From: a virus
Virus record (IMG/VR): IMGVR_UViG_3300036772_000367
Coordinates: 1-64,000 of that record
DNA length: 64,000 bases
Direction: 5' to 3' (one strand)
The notes under the pieces were generated by a model that did not search any database, was not told the origin of the DNA, and saw only the letters and a list, made by a program, of their open reading frames with translations. Shown here one piece after another: positions 16,679 to 23,742 of this stretch (positions are counted from its first letter, which is position 1; each line of letters opens with the position of its first letter). The translations under genes and the position numbers were made by a program.

Positions 16679-16912
16679 GTGACCGATCAAATCGAAGTCG
16701 AGAGACTGAAGAATGGTCTCAAGTGGATCGAGCACATTGCTACCGTGCACTGGTACGGACAGGCATTCGAGCCACATCATATGCATGCTCTCGCACAACT
16801 GGCCAGCCAGCTATGCGACGGCAAGGAATTGCCTGATTTTGATACCCGGATGCGCGCAGCGATGGAGCGCGGTCAGCAGATATCCGAGGACATGGGGAAG
16901 CACTCGGAATGA
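16679..16912 (+). CDS. hypothetical protein directly after tRNA-Arg
   Basis: GTG 1 nt after discriminator. Confidence 0.55.
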   Translation: MTDQIEVERLKNGLKWIEHIATVHWYGQAFEPHHMHALAQLASQLCDGKELPDFDTRMRAAMERGQQISEDMGKHSE

Positions 16913-17004
16913 GCGAGACGTGGACAGCCGCAGAACGATCTGGGAGAGCGCCATGGGCTGGCTGGTGGCGATGTCCCTATGTCTCTCGGATGACCTAAGT
17001 TCTT

Positions 17005-17078
17005 GTCCTTGTAGCCCAACTGGCAGAGGCGGCGGGTTTAAGCCCCGCGCGGTGTGGGTTCGAATCCCACCGAGGACA
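17005..17078 (+). tRNA. tRNA-Leu(TAA), short variable loop
   Basis: cloverleaf. Confidence 0.9.
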
Positions 17079-17107
17079 CTGCTCTGGGATATTTCAAGGG
17101 AGACAGT

Positions 17108-17281
17108 ATGAGCGGAAACAGAGCTTTCGGCTATGGCCTGGGTGCTGGAGTCGCCACCGTTTCTATTCCTATGATGTTCTCTGCTAACTTTGGGGGCGGC
17201 CTGATTCTTCTGTGCGCTGCGAGCGCGATTATCGCGATAACCGGCGGCACTGATCGGATAGTCAAGCGTATCCGGAGGTAA
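17108..17281 (+). CDS. small membrane protein
   Basis: AAGGGAG RBS; two hydrophobic helices, basic tail. Confidence 0.6.
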   Translation: MSGNRAFGYGLGAGVATVSIPMMFSANFGGGLILLCAASAIIAITGGTDRIVKRIRR

Positions 17282-17290
17282 TCGCAAGAG

Positions 17291-17363
17291 GTTCCTGTAG
17301 CCCAATGGTAGAGGCACTGGCATGAGAGGCCAGACAGTGCAGGTTCGACTCCTGTCAGGAACA
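17291..17363 (+). tRNA. tRNA-Leu(GAG), short variable loop
   Basis: cloverleaf, A32. Confidence 0.9.
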
Positions 17364-17433
17364 CGTGATCACTCGGAGTCGCGGACCGCCGCGACGTTAC
17401 TTGGCCAGCCACCGGCCCCTGTCCCTACTATTC

Positions 17434-17507
17434 GCTCCTGTGACCCAATTGGCAGAGGTACCAGAATCAGAATCTGGTTGTTGGAGGTTCGAATCCTCTC
17501 GGGAGCA
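17434..17507 (+). tRNA. tRNA-Leu(CAG), short variable loop
   Basis: cloverleaf, A32. Confidence 0.9.
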
Positions 17508-17509
17508 CG

Positions 17510-17578
17510 GCGGGAAGTCAGGGGTTCGAGTCCCCTTCGGTCCACGCAGGGGCCGGTACCTCAGCGGCAGAGGCCCGC
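17510..17578 (+). ncRNA. circularly permuted tRNA-like RNA 3
   Basis: GCGGG-AAGTC-T arm-TCGGTCC-A-cgcag-GGGCCGG-TA-D arm-CCCGC. Confidence 0.8.
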
Positions 17579-17582
17579 ATTT

Positions 17583-17656
17583 GTCCTTGTAGCCCAACTG
17601 GCAGAGGCGTCCGATTCAAGATCGGAATGTTGGGGGTTCGAATCCCTCCTAGGACA
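17583..17656 (+). tRNA. tRNA-Leu(CAA), short variable loop
   Basis: cloverleaf. Confidence 0.9.
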
Positions 17657-17657
17657 C

Positions 17658-17864
17658 ATGGCCAGTTACGATCGAGCCCTGGATGCTGCTCTCGCTGCTC
17701 AGGTGAGAGTAGGAATCACACTGGATGAGCTCTTTAGACAGAACTTGGGGAAGGAGCTTCCCATCGAGCTTCTTCTGCGAGCTTTGGAAATTAACACTCA
17801 GTGTGGCTTCCTGGCAGCACGGATCGCCGAGATTCATCTACAAGCACGAGGGAAGGCCACATGA
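17658..17864 (+). CDS. hypothetical protein directly after tRNA-Leu
   Basis: ATG 1 nt after discriminator; ATGA coupling to VWA gene. Confidence 0.55.
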   Translation: MASYDRALDAALAAQVRVGITLDELFRQNLGKELPIELLLRALEINTQCGFLAARIAEIHLQARGKAT

Positions 17865-18529
17865 GCAAGCCGGGTTACACGGCGATCTGTCTGGTGATCG
17901 ACTCGTCGGGGTCAATGTTCAGCATCAAGAAGGTCACCGAGGAGACGGTGAACGGCTTCATCACCGAGCAGGCCCAGGCCGAGGGATATCGCACCCTGCG
18001 GCTGGCGACGTTCAGCAGCGGTTGGGTGATGGATGGCAGCCCCTGGTTGGCCGACAGCGGCTCCAGCGTGCCCGCCAGCGAGGTAGAATCCTTCGTCCTG
18101 CATCCCGAGGGCGCTACGGCCCTTCTGGACGCTGTCGGCACCATGGTGACCAAGTTCGGGCAGGAGCTGGCCGACCTGGACGAGGCCGACCGGCCTGAGC
18201 ACGTGGTCTTCGCCCTGATGACCGATGGCCAGGAGAACTCCTCGCGGGAGTACACCTGGGAGCAGGTCAGCAAGATGCTGACGCATCAGCAACAGGTGTA
18301 CTCCTGGAACGTCACCTTTCTGGGTGCCAACCAGGATGCCATCGCCACGGCCAGCAAGCTGTCCATTCCGCGCGGCAGCAGCCTGACGTTCGCGGCGAAC
18401 GATCAGGGCGTCCACGGCTCGATGAGCGCCTTCAGCACCTACACGAAGTCGGCTGCCGCCGGCATGACGTACAATTACACCGACGACGATCGGATTCGCT
18501 CGTCGGGTCTGGCGCCGAAGCAGCCGTAG
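17861..18529 (+). CDS. von Willebrand factor A domain protein
   Basis: MIDAS DSSGS, T-A-L-L-D-A, MTDGQENSS. Confidence 0.88.
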   Translation: MSKPGYTAICLVIDSSGSMFSIKKVTEETVNGFITEQAQAEGYRTLRLATFSSGWVMDGSPWLADSGSSVPASEVESFVLHPEGATALLDAVGTMVTKFGQELADLDEADRPEHVVFALMTDGQENSSREYTWEQVSKMLTHQQQVYSWNVTFLGANQDAIATASKLSIPRGSSLTFAANDQGVHGSMSAFSTYTKSAAAGMTYNYTDDDRIRSSGLAPKQP

Positions 18530-18537
18530 CGTCAGGG

Positions 18538-18610
18538 GCGCTCCTAGCTCAATGGATAGAGCATCGCTTTCCTACAGCGACGGTTGGGGGTTCGACTCCC
18601 CCGGAGTGCA
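18538..18610 (+). tRNA. tRNA-Arg(CCT)
   Basis: cloverleaf, A20. Confidence 0.92.
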
Positions 18611-18772
18611 CACCCTTTCATTCCGGGGTTATGGAATGCCCTTACGCCGATATGGGGTTAGGATGAGGCCGGGAGTAGGTCGACACTCACCAGTTGTCTA
18701 ATCGGAAGTGGTCGTACTCGTAGTACACCTCGTTTCCCCGAGCAACGAGACGAAATGAGGCGGCCCACCTAA

Positions 18773-18846
18773 GCGCTACTAGCTCAGCTGGACAGAGCAC
18801 CACTTTCCGAAAGTGGAAGTCGGGGGTTCGAGTCCCTCGTAGCGCA
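18773..18846 (+). tRNA. tRNA-Arg(CCG)
   Basis: cloverleaf, A20. Confidence 0.92.
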
Positions 18847-18847
18847 C

Positions 18848-18991
18848 GCAGGAGAGGCACTGGAGGATGCGGCGGGTCAGCCGCCGCTGCGTACCGTCGT
18901 CCAGGGACACCCTGGCCGGTGTGTAGGAATACTCAACCATCCGTTGTCCCTTGAGTAAGGACAGGGGGTTCGACTCCCCCACCTCTCCTGC
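18848..18991 (+). ncRNA. 144-nt multi-stem RNA with tRNA T arm
   Basis: 10-bp closing stem GCAGGAGAGG/CCTCTCCTGC, GGGGG-TTCGACT-CCCCC, three internal arms. Confidence 0.6.
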
Positions 18992-18994
18992 CCG

Positions 18995-19066
18995 TGCGAT
19001 GTCGTCCAACGGTCAGGGCACCGAGCTGATAACTCGGGAACGAAGGTTCAATTCCTTCCGTCGCAA
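18995..19066 (+). tRNA. tRNA-Ile(GAT)
   Basis: cloverleaf. Confidence 0.9.
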
Positions 19067-19141
19067 CTCGGAGAGGTCACTGCGGAATACCGGGGTTGCG
19101 TTACCGTACGCGTGACAACCGTCGCGCACCTCTCCGTTCAA

Positions 19142-19216
19142 CGCCTTGTAGCTCAATGGACAGAGCCGGGAGCCTCTACCTCCTGTGAGTTGGGGGTTCG
19201 AGTCCCTCCAGGGCGG
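19142..19216 (+). tRNA. tRNA-Arg(TCT)
   Basis: cloverleaf, A20, C33, 7-nt variable region. Confidence 0.82.
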
Positions 19217-19231
19217 CGTAGTAAAGACCAT

Positions 19232-19302
19232 GGCATCATAGCTTAGGGGCAAAGCATTCGCCTGAAAAGCGAGAGACGGAGGTTCGATTCCTCCTGTTGC
19301 CA
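19232..19302 (+). tRNA. tRNA-Phe(GAA)
   Basis: cloverleaf. Confidence 0.9.
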
Positions 19303-19325
19303 CGCAGAAAAGGAGATCAGACACA

Positions 19326-19562
19326 ATGGCTCATTGTTCAGCATGTAAGACTAAGGCGAAGTGCACGATCGAGGGCTGTGTCATCTTCGGTGGCCATTTC
19401 CGTACGAGCAGCTACTGCAAGATCGATACTCCGCAGTGTGTTGCGGTGATACACCACTCCACGTACGCGGCCGTGCAGGACACCAAGAGCACCAAGGTGC
19501 TGGTGATGTCCCCGACAATGTTCATCAAGTTCGTGAACTCGGATCTCGTCCAGTCGCGGTAG
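19326..19562 (+). CDS. small Cys-rich protein; C-terminus DUF397-like
   Basis: AAAGGAG RBS; FRTSSYC...CVAV...AVQDTK. Confidence 0.55.
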   Translation: MAHCSACKTKAKCTIEGCVIFGGHFRTSSYCKIDTPQCVAVIHHSTYAAVQDTKSTKVLVMSPTMFIKFVNSDLVQSR

Positions 19563-19568
19563 TCCGGT

Positions 19569-19641
19569 GCCTGCGTAGCTCAACTGGCAGAGCCCCGTTC
19601 TTGTAAAACGGTGGTTGGGGGTTCGAGTCCTCTCGCAGGCT
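19569..19641 (+). tRNA. tRNA-Thr(TGT)
   Basis: cloverleaf. Confidence 0.92.
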
Positions 19642-19721
19642 CGTCTTCCCGTGAGCGTGCCCGTGCGCGCGGGAGGAAAGATCGAAGAACCGGCGGTACA
19701 CGGGATTCTCCGGTTACATCT

Positions 19722-19793
19722 GCCCTTTTAGCTCAGTGGTAGAGCACCTTCTTGGTACGAAGGGGGCCGCGAGTTCGATCCTCGCATTGGGCT
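19722..19793 (+). tRNA. tRNA-Thr(GGT)
   Basis: cloverleaf, two U.U mismatches in acceptor stem. Confidence 0.85.
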
Positions 19794-19901
19794 CGGGAAG
19801 TATCCCAGGTAACATAAACTGATTCGGCTCGGTGAGGGTCCTCGGTGCTTCCTAGTAAAAGGACGGGCTGCTTCACATGGCAGGGGAGTAGCCCGTCCTT
19901 C

Positions 19902-19974
19902 GCCTCAGTAGCTCAGTTGGCAGAGCGTTCCTCTCGTAAAGGAAAGGCCGGAGGTTCAATCCCTCTCTGAGGCT
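19902..19974 (+). tRNA. tRNA-Thr(CGT)
   Basis: cloverleaf. Confidence 0.92.
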
Positions 19975-19975
19975 C

Positions 19976-20074
19976 GTTGTGAGTAGCTCAGTGGCAGAGC
20001 GGTAGCAGCAGGGTGAAACCTCGCTGTGCATCGACGTCAGTTTATGACACAGGTTCGATTCCTGTCTCACAACT
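19976..20074 (+). ncRNA. tRNA-like RNA with elongated, non-canonical anticodon arm
   Basis: 8-bp acceptor GTTGTGAG/CTCACAAC, canonical D and T arms. Confidence 0.75.
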
Positions 20075-20079
20075 TTCAT

Positions 20080-20153
20080 TGGGTAGTAGGGGAAATGGCA
20101 GACCCACCTGGCTCTGACCCAGGGTTTTGGAGGTTCGAGTCCTCCCTACCCAG
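20080..20153 (+). tRNA. tRNA-Gln(CTG)
   Basis: cloverleaf, U1-A72. Confidence 0.9.
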
Positions 20154-20170
20154 CTTTTTAGGAGGGCAAT

Positions 20171-20407
20171 GTGCGATTAACTGAAGCACAAGAGCGAACC
20201 CTAGAGGAAGCAACCTGCCAGAAATGCTTCCAAGCAGGTGGATTGACAGTCGAGTACAGACTGACCGCCATGCCGATCGGCAGCTTCTCACTGGCTGGTG
20301 CCCAGATGAAAGTCAGTGCCCTTGAGTGGCCCTGGCTGATGTGCCGGCACTGTGGCGCGGAATGCCAGGGCAAGCAAGTCACTACGACCACTCCGGAGGG
20401 CACGTGA
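20171..20407 (+). CDS. zinc-ribbon protein
   Basis: CQKC...CRHC; AGGAGG RBS. Confidence 0.65.
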   Translation: MRLTEAQERTLEEATCQKCFQAGGLTVEYRLTAMPIGSFSLAGAQMKVSALEWPWLMCRHCGAECQGKQVTTTTPEGT

Positions 20408-20631
20408 GCGAGGATCTCTACGAAGTCGGTATGCCGGTTGTGGGTTTGAACAGGTATGGGGACGTGGTCGAAGGTGTCTACCACGGCGCCACTGAGCAGA
20501 CCTATGTCTGTCGAGGGCATCTCGTCTCCACACCTGTTCACCATATTGTCGATGACACGGGCCTTGGCCGAATGGTTTTCCCCGACACTGTCGTAGCACT
20601 CACTGATCTGGAGAGGATGCCCCGGGCATGA
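20404..20631 (+). CDS. hypothetical protein
   Basis: GTGA coupling, GGAGG RBS. Confidence 0.6.
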   Translation: MSEDLYEVGMPVVGLNRYGDVVEGVYHGATEQTYVCRGHLVSTPVHHIVDDTGLGRMVFPDTVVALTDLERMPRA

Positions 20632-21107
20632 CGGACGACCAGGTACCGAATGAGGATGCTTCGGCACCGTACGACGGCCCCAGTGGCGAGATCATCGCCC
20701 AGACCCTCCGGGAGGCCCTGGGGATGCTGAAGAACGGCTACGACGACACCAAGGAGATCCTGGGTGCTTCGGTGGCCGCCGCGCTCGTGGCGCTGTTCCA
20801 GGAGGAGCTGGACGCCATCACCGAACACCTCTCCGGATCGGACGGCGAGCCGGCAGCGGTGGCTGTCTCTCCCTGTCGCAGTGAGACGTGTGCAGCCGAT
20901 CTGGCCCAGGCCCTGCTGGATGAGTACTGGAAGGGCATCGAGGAAGCGCCCGCCGTGGAGATCCCGGAGAACGGCGGCGCGGCCATGGTGGAGCTGCATG
21001 TACGCGGTCAGCATGTGTCCCTGTCGAAGGAGTTCGACACGCTGCCTGAGCTGGCCGTCGGTCTGGATGACATGGCGACCAAAGTCCGAGGGCTGATCAA
21101 GGAGTAA
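20628..21107 (+). CDS. acidic hypothetical protein
   Basis: ATGA coupling, GC3-rich. Confidence 0.65.
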   Translation: MTDDQVPNEDASAPYDGPSGEIIAQTLREALGMLKNGYDDTKEILGASVAAALVALFQEELDAITEHLSGSDGEPAAVAVSPCRSETCAADLAQALLDEYWKGIEEAPAVEIPENGGAAMVELHVRGQHVSLSKEFDTLPELAVGLDDMATKVRGLIKE

Positions 21108-21114
21108 GGAGCGC

Positions 21115-21189
21115 GGGTCGTTAGCTCAAATTGCGCAGAGCATCCGGCTTTTACCCGGAGGGTTCTGGGTTCGAATCCCAGGCGGCCTA
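21115..21189 (+). tRNA. tRNA-Lys(TTT)
   Basis: cloverleaf; D loop lacks GG. Confidence 0.88.
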
Positions 21190-21193
21190 CTAA

Positions 21194-21264
21194 TCCGGAT
21201 TGGTCTAATGGCAGGACAACGCTCTTTGGAAGCGTGAGCAAAGGTTCGAATCCTTTATCCGGAG
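21194..21264 (+). tRNA. tRNA-Gln(TTG)
   Basis: cloverleaf, U1-A72. Confidence 0.9.
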
Positions 21265-21279
21265 CAGAGGTGATGTTGA

Positions 21280-21732
21280 TTGAGTTACTGTCGATTGTCC
21301 GATGACGATTACCAATGTGATGTGTACGTGTACGAGGACGCCAGCTTCGGCGGATGGACTACCTGGGTGGCATCCCACCGGCCTGTGCTGGTCGATCTTC
21401 CGGACCCCATTGATCTGCCCGACGAGCACACCGAGGCTCAGTTCGCGGCGTTCTACGAGCGGTGGCGCGCGGTAGGCAAGTTGGTGGAGAAGGCCGAGAG
21501 AATCGAGATCGGCCTGCCCCATGACGACGGCCAGTTTCGCCATGGCTCGCCGGGAGAGTGTGCGGACAACCTCCTGCGGCTGCGGGAGATGGGCTACAAC
21601 GTGCCCGACTACGCCATCGAACGACTGCGGGCAGAGCAAGCCGAGGGTCACACGAATCCGCTAAAGTCGATGGACGATCTCATGAAAGAGATCACGGGGG
21701 AACTTGCGGGCGAAGTTGGTGATGCTGGATGA
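21280..21732 (+). CDS. conserved-looking phage protein (MSYCR...CDVYVYE)
   Basis: TTG after GAGGTGA. Confidence 0.7.
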   Translation: MSYCRLSDDDYQCDVYVYEDASFGGWTTWVASHRPVLVDLPDPIDLPDEHTEAQFAAFYERWRAVGKLVEKAERIEIGLPHDDGQFRHGSPGECADNLLRLREMGYNVPDYAIERLRAEQAEGHTNPLKSMDDLMKEITGELAGEVGDAG

Positions 21733-21911
21733 AAAGTACGGCCGGGCGCCCCAGCATGGGTAAGCGGACACGCAAGGGTGGTGCTGAGTACGACGCCTTC
21801 TCGCGGTACTGGCGACACTTCATGAGCCAACGCCGAGGTGTCATCAAGACCTTGGCTCGTCGCCGTGAGCGACGTCAAGCACACCAGTGGGATTGGACCA
21901 CCGGCTGGTGA
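21729..21911 (+). CDS. small basic protein
   Basis: GAEYDAFSRYWR...RRERR. Confidence 0.55.
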   Translation: MKSTAGRPSMGKRTRKGGAEYDAFSRYWRHFMSQRRGVIKTLARRRERRQAHQWDWTTGW

Positions 21912-22044
21912 CAGAGTTCGGGACCTCTTGTCCGCGTATGGCACGCAGGGCACGGGATACAACACCATCGCGATCTCCCAACGGCACGTGACGTGGTGGA
22001 GATCTTGGGAAACGCTGGTTGCGCACTGGCGCCCGGACCCCTAG

Positions 22045-22131
22045 GGAGGTATGGCAGAGTGGTAATGCGCTGTCCTGCTAAGACAAGGCTCGGTTTAAAA
22101 CCCGACGAAGGTTCAATTCCTTCTACCTCCG
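22045..22131 (+). tRNA. tRNA-Ser(GCT)
   Basis: class II cloverleaf, G73. Confidence 0.92.
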
Positions 22132-22133
22132 CT

Positions 22134-22254
22134 GGCTAGTGGTGTAACGGCGCACACCCGAAGATCTCGGCAATACTAGTTGAGCCTGAAGCGTGAGTGC
22201 ACCGCGCGGAAAAGAGAAGCTTCGGTAGGTTCGGTTCGACTCCGGCGGCCTACC
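22134..22254 (+). ncRNA. tRNA-like RNA with about 60-nt structured insert at the anticodon position
   Basis: D arm GTGT-AACGGC-GCAC, CCGAAG/CTTCGG stem, TTCGACT T loop. Confidence 0.55.
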
Positions 22255-22271
22255 CTCGTGAAAGGATATTC

Positions 22272-22667
22272 ATGGCTCGGTCCGAAGGTAAGTTCAGTGT
22301 GGGAAACCACAACGAGCAGATCCTGTATCTGCGTGGTGCCGAGCGAGATGCCGATCTGATGGTGGCGGCCTTCTTCAAGTCCGGTGTCGGCAAAGCAATC
22401 GCTGAGGTGCTGAACAATCATCTGGATGAGGTTATTCATACCATCATGACGTACACAGGGAGTGTACGACCGGGAATCCCGGTGAAGCCCGACAACAGCG
22501 AGGCACGAAAGACGACGATCAACGCGGGGGTCACAACAGTACTTAGCCAACTCAACAGTTCCGATGCTGCTGCCGTCTCCCTGATGACCGGACTCAGCAA
22601 TACTGAACTCGACGATCTCGGTGGATTGCCGTCCGACTCGATCTATGACGATCGGGCGTCGGACTGA
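22272..22667 (+). CDS. hypothetical protein
   Basis: AAAGGA RBS. Confidence 0.6.
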   Translation: MARSEGKFSVGNHNEQILYLRGAERDADLMVAAFFKSGVGKAIAEVLNNHLDEVIHTIMTYTGSVRPGIPVKPDNSEARKTTINAGVTTVLSQLNSSDAAAVSLMTGLSNTELDDLGGLPSDSIYDDRASD

Positions 22668-23017
22668 TGACTGATTCCCTAGTCATACAATTCACGATCG
22701 ATCTGGCGGATCTCCTGGGTAGCCCGCACCACACCTTCACCCAAGAGATGATGCGCGGGATGGGAGACAAGACAGTGCCGCTACGGAAGGGAGAGGGTGG
22801 CCCTCAGATCGGCTACGGCGTCATTGTGGAAGACCAGGACACTGAACACCTCTTCCTGTACGCCACGGTTACCAACTCACCCGAGCTGTTCGCGGACGTG
22901 ATGTCGTCCTACAGTGTTGGCTTCACCGAGTGCACCAGCCCGCTGCACGGCCGGGATCGGCACACCGAGGACGGTTGTGCCCTGCGGCAGATGTCAGACA
23001 AGCTGGATGTGGATTGA
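22667..23017 (+). CDS. hypothetical protein
   Basis: TGATG coupling. Confidence 0.6.
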   Translation: MTDSLVIQFTIDLADLLGSPHHTFTQEMMRGMGDKTVPLRKGEGGPQIGYGVIVEDQDTEHLFLYATVTNSPELFADVMSSYSVGFTECTSPLHGRDRHTEDGCALRQMSDKLDVD

Positions 23018-23022
23018 AAGAA

Positions 23023-23094
23023 CGGGGCGTAGCTCAGCGGTAGAGTGCCTGATTTGGGATCAGGAAGTGGCAGGTCCGACTCCTGTCGCCCCGA
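23023..23094 (+). tRNA. tRNA-Pro(TGG)
   Basis: cloverleaf; T loop TCCGACT. Confidence 0.9.
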
Positions 23095-23095
23095 C

Positions 23096-23272
23096 GTGAA
23101 ACAATGTTCGAGCTGTGGATTGATGAAGTCTTATGATGAATTTCATCGGAATGTGGCTCGGTCAGATGGATATCAGAATGCGTGCAAGGATTGCCGTAAG
23201 ACTATAAGAGGCGTTTCGGTTGTTCGAGGAGAGCGGGTTCTTCGACTACCTTGCTCAGTAGTTGTTTGGTAG
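23096..23272 (+). pseudogene. truncated HNH endonuclease (Zn finger only)
   Basis: KQCSSC...EFHRN...DGYQNACKDCRK matches N-terminus of 15551-15985; no HNH core. Confidence 0.65.
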
Positions 23273-23281
23273 TCGATCGAT

Positions 23282-23352
23282 GCGAGTGTCGTCTAACGGC
23301 AGGACAACAGCCTTCCAAGCTGTTTACGCGGGTTCGAATCCCGTCACTCGCT
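23282..23352 (+). tRNA. tRNA-Gly(TCC)
   Basis: cloverleaf. Confidence 0.92.
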
Positions 23353-23451
23353 CTCGTCTCTAGGCTTCTCGCAGTTCTGAGAAGCTATCGGGTCCACTCT
23401 CTACCACGCCAAAGGTGGAGATATCGAGTGGTGACGTAATCACCTGTACAA

Positions 23452-23534
23452 GGAAGGTCGCGGCGACGGTAGCCAGCTCGATTCGAAATCGAGTGCCAGG
23501 GTGACACCTGAAGGTTCGAATCCTTGTCCTTCCG
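23452..23534 (+). tRNA. tRNA-Ser(CGA)
   Basis: class II cloverleaf with mismatches. Confidence 0.82.
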
Positions 23535-23538
23535 CCCA

Positions 23539-23626
23539 GGAGGGTGGCGCCTATGGTTGGTACCTCGTCTTGAAAACGAGTATGCCGGGTGAAAGCCCGA
23601 GGGTTCAATTCCTTCTCCCTCCGCCA
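23539..23626 (+). tRNA. tRNA-Ser(TGA), CCA encoded
   Basis: class II cloverleaf, GCCA end. Confidence 0.85.
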
Positions 23627-23640
23627 GACAGTAGTATCGA

Positions 23641-23728
23641 AGAAGCGTAAGCCGAGTTGGTCTACCGGCGCCCGCCTGGAACGCGGGAAGGGGTCACACC
23701 CGTGCGAGTTCGAGTCTCGCCGCTTCTG
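23641..23728 (+). tRNA. tRNA-Ser(GGA)
   Basis: class II cloverleaf. Confidence 0.88.
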
Positions 23729-23742
23729 CTCATATTAGATCT

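Noticed and set aside
18848-18991. tmRNA call
   Set aside because: Too short, no G3.U70 Ala acceptor, no tag frame, no CCA; no tmRNA recognised anywhere in the window
19142-19216. Amber suppressor or tRNA-Pyl (CTA) reading
   Set aside because: Stem register GGGAG/CTCCT centres TCT, and A20 supports Arg
19857-19900. Hairpin loop with 12-nt complement (CCCTGCCATGTG) near 26045
   Set aside because: Target is inside a CDS, and one 12-mer among many loops tested is compatible with chance
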